From NCBI GenBank assembly GCA_024679065.1, contig JAGIQG010000040.1, positions 3,844,001 to 3,908,000 of the forward strand: a stretch of 64,000 nucleotides of DNA, written 5' to 3'. Below are positions 53,718 through 63,926 of this stretch, piece after piece. Within the stretch, counting starts at the first letter, position 1; every line of letters begins with the position of its first letter. The notes beneath the pieces are model-generated. The model saw only the letters and a list, made by a program, of their open reading frames with translations, ran no database searches and was not told the DNA's origin. This stretch comes from Sphyrna mokarran. Taxonomy: Eukaryota. Both the position numbers and the translations under genes were made by a program.

Positions 53718-55009
53718 CATAGTGACACTGAACACGGGGAGAGCTGGATAAATACTTGATTATTGCGAGGATTCCAGCCACACTGATATAGAACACGAAG
53801 AGATCTGTACAAAAACCTGAACATGGTGCAGACTACAGACACAATGATACAGAGCACGGAGAGAGCGACACAAAAACTTGATCATGGTGAGGTTTACAGA
53901 AGATGTGGAGATGCCGATGTTGGACTGGGGTAAACACAGTAAGAAGTCTCACAACACCAGATTAAAGTCCAGCAGATTTATTTGGGAGCACAAGCCACCA
54001 TCTTTCGGAGAGCTGCTCCTTCATCATGGTATTTCAGTTCATAAACAAGGCATATAAAGACACAAGCTCAATTTACAAAGTAGTGGTTGGAATGCGAGTC
54101 TTTACAGGTAATCAAGTCGTAAAGGTATAGACAATGTAAGTGGAAAGAGGGTTAAGTGTAGGTTAAAGGGATGTGTATTGTCTCCAGCCAGAACAATTAG
54201 TGTGATTTTGCAGGCCCGGGCAAATCATGGGGGTTTTAGATAGCGTGACATGAACGCAAGATTCCGGTTGAGGCCGTCCTTATGTGTACAGAAATTGGTT
54301 ATCAGCCTGTGCTCAGCGACTCTGTTTTGTCGTGTGTCATGAAGGCTGCCTTAGAGAACGCTTACCTGAAAATCAGAAGCCGAATGCCCGTGGTCGCTGA
54401 AGTGTTCGCAAATAAGAAGAGAACATTCTTGCCTGGTAATTGTCGAGTGGTGCTCATTCATCTATTGTTATATCTCTGATGGTCTCCCCAATGGGACATC
54501 CTTTTCTGCAGCTATTGTTGGCTGAGTTGTAATGTGCTACCATGTATCTGGTGCATGGTGTTCTCACATGAGTTGATGGTATCGGTGTCGATGATCCAGC
54601 ATGTCAGGGTTGTGTCGTGTCATGGTCACTGTTCTCCTGAAGGTTGGGTAGTTTGCTGCGGACAATGGTCTGTTGAAGGGCCTGGCCTTGCAAAGTCTCA
54701 TCAACTGTCGTGGCTGGAGACAATACGCATCTCTTTAACTTATGTTTAACCCTCTCTCTACTCGCATTGTCTGTACCTTTAAGAATTGGTTACCTGTAAA
54801 GACCATTAGTTTGTAAATTGAGTTTGTGTCTTTATATGCCCTATTTGTGAACTGAAATCCCACTCACCTGATAAAGGAACAGAGCTACGAAAGCCAGTGG
54901 CTTGTGTTACCAAATAAATCTGTTTGACTTTAACCTGGTGTTGTGAAACTTCTTACGATGATCATAGACCCGCAGTGATGCAGAACACGGAGAAATCTGT
55001 ACAAAAAAC
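53718..55009 (+). repeat. Tandem array of 23-RSS units (61-bp period), interrupted by a Penelope element
   Basis: CATAGTG-23-ATAAATACT (53718-53756), CACACTG-23-ACAAAAACC (53779-53817), CACAATG-23-ACAAAAACT (53840-53878), CGCAGTG-23-ACAAAAAAC (54971-55009). Confidence 0.9.
53901..54956 (-). mobile_element. Penelope-like retroelement fragment (GIY-YIG C-terminus) with an inverted terminal copy
   Basis: Minus strand reads IGET..MNEHHSTITRQECSLLICEHFSDHGHS..HKDGLNRN; ~53938-54180 is an inverted repeat of ~54730-54956. Confidence 0.8.
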
Positions 55010-55055
55010 TGACCGTGGCAAGGGTTACACATTCCTGTATTCCTCACCATGTCCA

Positions 55056-55213
55056 GGTATTTGTACCTTTCTCTCCATGCACTATATCACCATATCTGTA
55101 GCACTCAACGTGTTTACATTTTTGTACAGCCCTCTCTCTGTTCTGTATTGTTGTTGTCTGTAACACCATGTTCAAGTTTCTGTACAGCTCTCTCCGTGTT
55201 CTGTATCACTGTG
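55056..55213 (-). repeat. Second tandem 23-RSS array (three units, 58-61 bp period)
   Basis: Nonamer-23-heptamer units at 55175-55213 (CACAGTG/ACAGAAACT), 55117-55155 and 55056-55094; the last two have degenerate heptamers and related spacers. Confidence 0.85.
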
Positions 55214-55529
55214 CTCTGTGCCGACTCAGTGCGCAGTAATACACTGCAGAGTCACTCGGTTGCAGTTTGGAGATCGTTAACCGGCTGAATTTTTCAAGGG
55301 GATCGACAGATGCAGAAATTATTCCCCGGCAGCGTTTTCTTTGCTCGTCTCGCCTGACTTGTGTCTCTTAGGCAGGTATTTTGAGGTCTGTCCTGGGGAA
55401 TGCCGGTACCAGTAGAGTGTATTCACAGTTATTCACAGGGATATTCACAGTTTAAAGTAATGGTGTCGACAGTAGCAGAAGTTTGGAGAGATGGGTTCTG
55501 GGACACAGATAAACCGGATGCAGCAGAAC
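55214..55529 (-). pseudogene. NAR-TCR supporting V-delta pseudogene (leaderless, downstream of the NAR-TCR J)
   Basis: ctatAG|GSAASGLSVSQNPSLQTSATVDTITLNCEY..NCEYT.YWYRHSPGQTSKYL..SKLQPSDSAVYYCALSRHR with stops and frameshifts; perfect heptamer in its 23-RSS. Confidence 0.85.
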
Positions 55530-56455
55530 CTATAGGATAAAGCTAAAGATTTCTGTGATGATTTTACCAGCCTTGCATGTTAGTTTGCCCGAGGAAACAT
55601 AATCGCGTCCATAGCTGGCCATTTTGCCGTAATTGTTTCATTGAAGGGTGTGCCACATTTATTCACTGCAGTTGGGGAGACAGAATCATCTCTGCATTCT
55701 ATATTATACCGAATCTGCAGAACAGAAATAGGCCATTTCGTCCACTGGCGTGTGCGTTTCTTAACACTGCACGCGTGCCCACTCCCCTCTCACACTCGAT
55801 CCCTACACTCTGAGCACTGTGTCCTTCTCCCTCCTCGATTATTCAAGCCTTAACACAAATTCCTTATGCCATTTACTGCAACCATGCCAGGCGAACTCCA
55901 CATTCTTCCTAATTTCTTCCTTTTATCTTAATAGCATCACATATAAATACTTCCTGACACTGAATCATTTTCTCTACATGTATATTAATGAAACTATAAC
56001 ATAGTGTTTAACATTTTTTTTCCTAATTGGTCGGCGCAACATCGAAGGCCGAAGGGCCTGTTCTGTGCTGTAATGTTCTATGTTCTATTTATGTCAACAA
56101 CAAAAGCAGAAAAATGCTGGAAGATCTCTGCAGGTCTGTCAGCGTCTGTGGAGACAGAATAGAGTCAATATTTCCAGTCTATTTGATCCTTTGTTAGAGC
56201 AAGCCTTCCCTACAGCTTGCTTCATCTTTGGCGATCGCGCACTTCTGCAATCTGGCCTCACATTCGGACCCGATTCCAGTTTCCTTGTCTACTCCCAAAC
56301 CTAAAACTGCAATTGGAAATCTTCCACAGGAACCACCACTCCCCCCACGCTGCTGTTGTATCACAGAGGATTGGATTGAGGCAGATTGCAAAAATGAACT
56401 GACGGTAAACACTAACCAGGACAGTCGGCAACAAAGGGTATTTGGATTCACTTAC

Positions 56456-56508
56456 CGGCTGAGACAGTCACCAGCGCCCCATAATCATCTGTAAATCTCC
56501 ATCCTCCA
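56456..56508 (-). pseudogene. NAR-TCR/IgH-like J segment with a 23-RSS, GGWRFTDDYGALVTVSA
   Basis: RSS 56509-56547 reads CATTCTTGT-23-CACTGTG on the minus strand; ends VTVSA G|GTAAG (phase 1); the W/F-GxG motif is degenerate. Confidence 0.8.
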
Positions 56509-56867
56509 CACAGTGATAGAACTCTCAGTCAGCCCAATACAAGAATGACTGACACCTCAACTTGCCGGGAAAACATTACCAAATAAACAGCATTTATTGA
56601 TTATTCAGGGGTGAAAGATCAATCATGAACAATGATTGTTTTCTAACCATCATTCAATCAAACAGTTCCTTGGGACACCGAGAGCCCTTGGCAAAACGGA
56701 CCTGGAAAATTCAATGAAAGATAACTGAACGGAAGAAATTACGACGAAATTAATCCATGTTGCAATGATAATGACAACAACCCGATCAGTTATATTCCGC
56801 GCCCTGGGAATTATTGCTTTGATTGTTCGGAGATATTTAAATATTTGCCCTTCTCTCTTCCACTGCG

Positions 56868-57312
56868 GTGTTCCATATCTGTAGTACCAACTGAGCTTTA
56901 CAGTAATAGGTGGTTGTGTTTTCAACTCTCACATCGTGAATTTCCAGCGAAAACATAATTGCAGCTTTATTCACCGACAGAACAAATATCCCTCCGCTGG
57001 AGATTCGCTCCCACTCTGTCCCGGTCTGGTTTTGTCTGAAGAAATGACATTTTCTAAATCATAACCACCAGAGAAAACAAAGATGATGTGAGAGATTGAA
57101 ACTCCTCCTGATCACCACTGCCGGACTCTGCACCACTAACTCACTGCAAGATCCTGGAAATTAAACGCAGAGAGTTTAATGGACCATCAGAGCGGAACCA
57201 CACAACGGGGCTGAAAACCCAGGCAGCGTCTGCAATTGGAATGTACTGGGGTGCTTTATATTCAATCCACGCAGTGTGGGTTAGTTTGATCGGTACTCAC
57301 TGGGTAAACACA

Positions 57313-57394
<82 letters not shown>

Positions 57395-57413
57395 TGAAAA
57401 CAACGATTCGCAT
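56868..57413 (-). pseudogene. NAR-TCR V (IgNAR-like V) pseudogene: leader 57301-57413, V exon 56868-57153, putative 12-RSS 56840-56867
   Basis: ttccAG|RSCSELVVQSPAVVIR../FRQNQTGTEWERISSGGIFVLSVNKAAIMFSLEIHDVRVENTTTYYCKAQLVLQIWN shows the IgNAR-type short FR2-CDR2 region and YYCKA. The 5' part is frameshifted. Leader MRIVVFIV(CV)nVCLP|gtgagt. Confidence 0.88.
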
Positions 57414-58204
57414 GCTCTGTTGCCTGGAGCTGATGAAGGGGAAATTGAGAGCGCCAAACTAGATTGCTCTGGGAGACTGGATCTCAAGAACTACCATGAA
57501 ATATTTCAGGCCCGACCATAGGTAAATTAGGCCACGTCCATCATTTAAAATAAAGCCCGAGGATTTACAGGGGGCACACAGCTGTGAACACTGTGTCGAA
57601 GAACATAGCTGCTATTGCTGCCACGGAGCAACCGACCCCAGAATCTCATGCTGAGAGGCACAGTTTCCATATCCCCTCCTTTATTTTATCGCCAGTTGAT
57701 TATATTTTATTAATTCAAGGAATGCGGTCTTCACAGATTCAGCCAGCAGTTGTTAATTATCTCTAATTTCCCCCTTGTGAAGGTGAGCTGCCTTTTGAGC
57801 CACTGCAGTCCATGTGTTGTAGATACACCCACAGTGCTGTTAGGGAGGGAGTTCCAGGAATTTGAACAAATGACAGTGAAGAAACGTCCGAAATGGTTCT
57901 AAATCAGGATAATTTGTGACTTAAGGGTTAACTTCCAGGTGGTGCGATTTCCATATACCTACTACCGTTCTCCTTCTAGAATATAGCAGTGCTATGTTTG
58001 GGAGGTGCTGCTAGGGAGCTTTGGTGAATCCTTGCAGTGTATCTTGTATGTTGTATACACTTCTGCCACTGTCCTCGGTCGTGAACGAATGTATGTTTAT
58101 GCAATTGGTACCAATCGAGCTTCGTCATGGGCGGGTCAACCTCGAAGTTAGAGTCTCATTGCACAACTTCAGAACCACCTCCATTATTCTAGTGTAAGGG
58201 CAGC

Positions 58205-58422
58205 TTCACTAACTTCCTGTCCATTAACTTCCTGTTTGATTCGGAGCAGCATGTTCTGTCTGCGCTCCTTGTTAACGAGACGCAAATAGCGGTTGATGGA
58301 ACCATATAGACAACACTGTACAGACACGTAGAGGAATCTTTCGCTCGTTGGCAACTGTTCGATTCCAGCTCGTCTTTTGGAAACTTTAAAACCACTTGGG
58401 AGTACAATTCCGAGAAAGCAAA
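58205..58422 (+). promoter_or_regulatory. Putative V-gene promoter with tandem ETS sites
   Basis: AACTTCCTGT twice (58211-58220 and ~58226-58235), about 200 bp upstream of the leader ATG. Confidence 0.45.
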
Positions 58423-60017
58423 ATGTCACAGGATTTCAGGGCTTCCATTCTTATTCTTTTCCTGAAGCTCGGTGAGTTGTTTAACAAGCATTGGAATGCA
58501 GATTTGCAAAAATAATATCGAGGGATGGCTGGATGTAGGAAAAGAAGTGAGACTAGGGGCAATTAAGGGAATAATAGAGGATGGACGGATGTATGTTTTT
58601 CTTGAACATTCACTTTGCTTATTCCGGTTTACAATAGTTTATTGTAACTGAAAGGGGGCATTGAACAGAGGGAAACATTGGATTATATATATTCAAAGAT
58701 CTGAAAGCGTCAGAGTAAATTTGAAAGTTTCTGGAAACATTTCCAACTCTGACCTCTATGCATAGGAATAGTGTACATGTGAAGTGACATTAAATCAAAT
58801 ATTTCTGCATCCGTACTCAGGCCTTTTTTAATGTACGTTGTTTAGTTATGGGTATTAAATCTAATGAACAGCAGCATGGTCTTGGGAAGGGTAAAGGAGG
58901 ATTTATTGGAATGGTCTCTGTGATCAGGATCCTTAGGTTTCAGGGCACACTGAAATAACAGGAGTCCCTTTCTCAGAATACAGGCAGGTAACAGAAGATC
59001 TGAAAGTGATGTTGATGTCTCAACTGTGTAAATTGTTCCAAGCGACAGAAAGCTGGGTAACCAGGGCGGGTTATCCAGCTGAGGAGAATGGAAAAATGAT
59101 TCAAAGGAAGAATTTCCTTTTTTGAAATGGTGGTCCAAGCAGATTTCATGCTAACTGCTAAGAGGAAGCAGGATGAATATTTGGAGAGAAATATTTTCCA
59201 GATTATGCAGAAAGAGTAGCGGTTGGGGGAAATGATAAATCTGTCATCTGTCAATAGGTGACATGTGTGTTTGCCGAATTACCCATTCCTTTTATTCATT
59301 TGTGGCTTCCGTTCTAATTATTTTCCTAAAGCGACTGGGTGTCGCTGGCTGGCCAGCACTTCCTGCTCAGTCTTAGTTGCCCGAGGGCAATTTGGAGGCA
59401 ACCACAATTGTCTGGAGCCACTTATAGGCCAGACCAGGTCAGAAGGGCAGATTTCCTTCCCTGAAGAACAATAGTGAACCAGATGGGTCCATACGACAAT
59501 CGACAATGATTTCGTTGTCAATTCTTAGTTCCAGTTTTTTTACTGTTTTCAAATCCTGCCGTGGCGGGATTCCTGGCTGAATTTCTCCATTAATTAACTA
59601 GCGATAACATCAATGGGCCACCGCCTATTATGATGAGGAGATGAAAGTTTTTTTAATAGTGTCCCATGTCAAAACACCTATTTATTTTCTGTTTATTATG
59701 TATTTGAAGGATTGTGTTATTCTGATACTGTTACGCAACTTACATCATCGGTATCATGTTTGGAGGAAGAACGCATGGTGTTGCCCTGTTCATTTTCCAC
59801 AGACCGCCGCCGCTACGATCTGCTCTGGTACCGACAAAAAACGGGGGAGGAACCGGTTTTTTTAACCAGAAGGAATTCGGAAGGACAAACAGAGAAAGCT
59901 GAGCATGTGGGAGGCCGATTGTCTTCAATGCTGCAAGCATCGAATCGTTTCTACAGTTTAACGCTGACAGATGTACAGCTGAGTGACAGTGGCATGTATT
60001 ATTGTGCGCTGAGCATT
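58423..60017 (+). CDS. Apparently functional TCR alpha/delta V gene (leader 58423-58471, V exon 59710-60017)
   Basis: Leader MSQDFRASILILFLKL G|gtgagt; ~1.2 kb repeat-expanded intron; DTVTQ..LPCSF..LWYRQ..SDSGMYYCALSI is open; CACCGTG-23-ACAGAAACT at 60018-60056. Confidence 0.9.
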
Positions 60018-60527
60018 CACCGTGATACAAACTTGTAAAGGCCCCGTACAGAAACTATGACTGGAATATCACATCACTCGAGTGGCTGAACTCCGAATCT
60101 TCACCTCTGGCGGCAGCAGAACACGCCACGGACTGTTCACAGCTGTACGATTTTAATCAGAAATAAAACGTTTATCCATGTAAAAGACCGACACTTTATG
60201 ACTGAATATTTAGTCAGAAAACTGACCACTTCAGAAAATGAATCTCAGGCCTCAGTATCGCTATAATTAACCTTACACCATAGTTTGTACTCAGTGAGTG
60301 ACTGACGCCGAAGCAAATATTTCACCTTGTTGGTGAAAGAACTTCAGCTGACACATGGCCCTGATTTGATTCTGGTTGAAATATCTGGCAGATATTTTGC
60401 AAATTATTTAATTACCTGGAAAGAATGATGAGGAATTGATTTTGCCTATCTGAATGCAGTGTGGTGTTGGCCCTGGTTCCGGATGAACATTATAAAGGGA
60501 GAGAGAGGTTCGGGCTCGGCAGCGGCC

Positions 60528-60947
60528 AAGCAAATATTTAAAGTCTGGATTGTTTTGAGGATAGTGATTCTCGGTAACGATGATTATAGGTGTGTTCAAC
60601 TAAAGATAAAATGTTGATTATGTGTTAATGCGCCATCTTGTTTTGTTCCTGAACACATTGCAGATCAGAATGATAGAGCTTCAGTTACTCAGTCTCAAGA
60701 ATCAGCGAGAATGAGAGAAAGTGAAATCGTGACGATAAAATGCACCTCTCGCACTACAGAAGAAGGTATTATGACTATTGTTATCGACAGGAACTAGTGA
60801 AGAAGCCCCAGTTTGTTGTGTGGAGACAGTCTTGGAATGTTGTCAGCATTAGGAAACCGTTTTGTTTCAGACCTCCAGCTGTCAGATTCCACCACAAGTT
60901 TAATCATCATGGACTTGCTGCAGTATATTACTGTGCTCTCTCTGGGA
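60528..60947 (+). pseudogene. TCR V pseudogene, paralogue of the V at 51247-51692
   Basis: Leader 60528-60573 with ATG changed to AAG; V exon from 60664 has frameshifts and deletions (SVTQSQ..TIKCT..VVWRQSW..AVYYCAL); CTCAGTA-23-ACAAAAACG at 60948-60986. Confidence 0.88.
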
Positions 60948-61114
60948 CTCAGTAACTGAAAATAAGAACGACTATGTACAAAAACGTCCTTCGAGTTGAA
61001 ACTGCGGTTTTTACCTATTGATATTGAATCGAATCTTGACAGATTCAACTACAACAAAGCTGTGAGCGAGGTAAACAGAGAAGAGTCCAATTAACTTCTG
61101 TCAACTGCTGCACT

Positions 61115-61445
61115 CGTAATCACTGCACTAGAATTTGCCTCAGCTTTTATTAATCTCGTCCCTGCATTAGTAATAACTTAATTAGACCCCTTCTCTGTTG
61201 ACATTAATCTGGACCCTGCACTAAAAATAACTACATTTAGACCACTTAAATTTGTGTTAATCTAGTCCTTATGTCAAAAATTACTACACTTGACCCTGTC
61301 TCACTTTATATTAATCTACACCCTGTCCCATGTTATAGTAATCTAGACCCTCTCTCAATTCATATTAATCTAGAACCTGTATCAGCAATCACTGCACTTG
61401 ATCCTGCCTCAGTTTATATTCATCTAGATCCCGTATTAGTAGAAT
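61115..61445. repeat. Degenerate minisatellite (~50 bp units built on TAATCTAGACCC / ACTGCACTTGA)
   Basis: About six imperfect repeats of taatcactgcactaga...tattaatctagaccctg. Confidence 0.7.
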
Positions 61446-61469
61446 TTTGTGTCTGATTGTTTGACTTGA

Positions 61470-62310
61470 TTTGATTTACTTTTGTCATAAGCATTAGTAT
61501 GCAATGAAAAGTACGTTTTCTTGCAAGCTATACAGACAAAACACATAGAAAAGTAACAGAGAAAGTGCAGAATGTAGTACTACAGTCATAGCTAGTGTTT
61601 AGAGAAAGATCAGGTTAATGTGAGGTTGTTCGGATCTAAACTCTGATTGCAGCAGGGAAGACACGGCTCTTGAATAGTTTGGCACGCGACCTCAGACTCT
61701 GTATCTTTTTCCCGATAGGTCCTTAATTATGTTGGTTATTTTTCAAGACTGCGGGAAGTGCGAGACAGTACCAATGGATGGGAGGCCATTTGCGTGATGG
61801 ACTGGGCTTCATTCACTACCTTTGTAGTTTCTTGCAGTCTCGGACAGAGTATACCAAGATATCATACAACCAGGAAGAATACTTTCAAGGTGCATCCGTA
61901 AAAGTTGATGAGAGTCGTAGAAGACATGCCATATTTCTATAGTCTTCTGAGAAAGTAGAGGCGTTGGTGAGCTTTCTTAACTATAATGCTGGCATGGGGG
62001 GAATACAGGTTGCTGATGGTCTGGACACCTAAAAACCTAATACCATTAGGTAACCTAAGACCATTTCCACTTCGTCCCCGTTGATGTAGACAGGGTCATG
62101 TTCTCCTCCACTCTTCCTGAAGTCGATGACTGTCTCCTTCAAAATGATATTGAGGGAGAGATTATTGTCTACGTAACAGTTCACCAGATTCTCTAAGTCA
62201 CTCCTGTACTCTGTCTCGTCATTGTTTGAGATCCGACCCACTACGGTAGTGTTATTAACAAACTTGAAAATCGAGTTGGAGGGGAATTTGGCCACACAGC
62301 AATACACAAG
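61470..62310 (-). mobile_element. Rex1/Babar-like non-LTR retrotransposon fragment
   Basis: ORF 62029-62307: NSIFKFVNNTTVVGRISNNDETEYR..NNLSLN..KETVIDFRK. Confidence 0.8.
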
Positions 62311-63837
62311 TATTACACAAGTGCACTTGGAATGCGGAATTAGTTGAGCACAGTAACGACTGCGGCAGCGACAGTACTAATATAAAAAAGATTTTTTGCC
62401 TTGTGTTGTAATATATGAATCAGATCCAAGCGCAATATTAGCAGCTGCTAGACTAGAAACAGGCAATACAGCACGGTAAGAATATAAGTTACAGAGAGAC
62501 ATGGAATTAAAGACAGTAACACGACCCGACCACTAATCACTCCCATCATTGAATCAACTATCAAATAGTACTTGAATATAATGTTTTCCAAGCATACGAC
62601 ACTGGCTCTGACATGTGCCGCATGATGCATTCAAAAACAAAAGTACTGAAAATTCTCTGCACTCTGAGCAGGAAAAGAGATGCTCCTGTTCTAACCCAGC
62701 AGCACAATTTATCAGTTCGTGTAGTGGCGGCAAGAGCAGGTCAGAGGCTGGGAATCCTGCGGCGAATAACGCACCTCCTGTCTCCCCAAAACAAGTCCAG
62801 CATTTACAAGGCAACAGTCAGGAGTATGATGGAATGCTCTCCAAACGCCTGATTGGTACAGGAACTCACTATATACACCTTAGACAGCATCATCCAAACA
62901 CAATAACGCTACCACCTGGGGGTTCCCCTCCTAGCATATTGCCATCCTGACTCGAAAATATATCTGTGCTCCTTCATGGTATCTGAGGCAAGGTCGTAGA
63001 ACAATGAACTACCCATCAATAACACTATGAATGCCAAAAGAGAAGATGCTGGAAAATATCAGCAGATCCGGAAGCATTTGTATGGAGCTGACGTTTCGAG
63101 TTCCCTTTGATCCTTTGTCAAAGCTAAAAGGCATAAAAAATAGAAGATATTACAGGGTGAGGGAATGAAAGATGGGTAATAGCCACATTAACCAGGGGAA
63201 GAGGCTGCTAAAGGCAGTCCATGGAGACAATAAAATGTATGAATGCCCAAACGGCAGAGAAGCTAAAATCAGAGGGTAAGTTGTGAGAGCTGAAGATGTG
63301 GGGGCGGGGTGAATGGGTGGGGGACAGGAAAAAATTTTTAAAAAGAGGGAAAGGGGAAGCAAAGGGAGAAAGTATGGAAAGCGGAGATAAAATACGGGGA
63401 AGAGTGAGAGGGGCTGAAGAAACAAAAGGGAGAGAACAGTAAAAGCATATGTAAAATGGATGCATCTGCACCAATGGACTGTAGTGCTTCAAGAAGGCAG
63501 CTCACCGCACCACCTTCTCAAGGATAAGTAGTGATGGATAAAAACTGCCAGCCCAGCCACTGACGCATATCTCCTTAAAGAATAAAAATAAATATCCAGC
63601 CAGCTGCCAGAACGGGCAATCACAGGATCCCATGAACAGGTGGATGGTAATAAACTGAAAGTCTATTTACATAGTCAACCTTTTTGAAAATGTTTTTCTA
63701 ACGAGCGTGTTGTGCAGGTGGATTCCCTGCAGCTTGTGCTCAGTTTCTCAAAAAACCCTACGTGAACCAGTCCCACCGCCTGCTCTGGGAAGAAATGAAC
63801 AAAACCTGTGAATTGGACAATAGGAAACAACATCTAA

Positions 63838-63926
63838 GGGCTTGTTTGGGATTTGAATCCGGGGCCTCTTGCACACTTCGACCACAACAATCCAAAGCAA
63901 GAATCATACCGCTAGACCAACGAGTC
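63838..63926 (-). pseudogene. tRNA-Pro(TGG) pseudogene with a 17-nt insert in the anticodon loop
   Basis: GACTCGTTGGTCTAGCGGTATGATTCTTGCTT-TGG-ATTGTTGTGGTCGAAGTGT-GCAAGAGGCCCCGGATTCAAATCCCAAACAAGCCC aligns to vertebrate tRNA-Pro; the T-stem and acceptor stem are mispaired. Confidence 0.85.

Noticed and set aside
53718-53900. CRISPR-like repeat-spacer array
   Set aside because: Vertebrate DNA; the units are RSSs and the linkers are related to one another rather than unique.
55567-55600. ATGTTT.. as a leader for the supporting V genes (also at 53361)
   Set aside because: Not hydrophobic, has an in-frame stop or no donor; treated as shared intron sequence.
58184-58429. Minus-strand 72-81 aa ORFs
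   Set aside because: No recognisable motifs; they overlap the promoter and 5' UTR of the plus-strand V.
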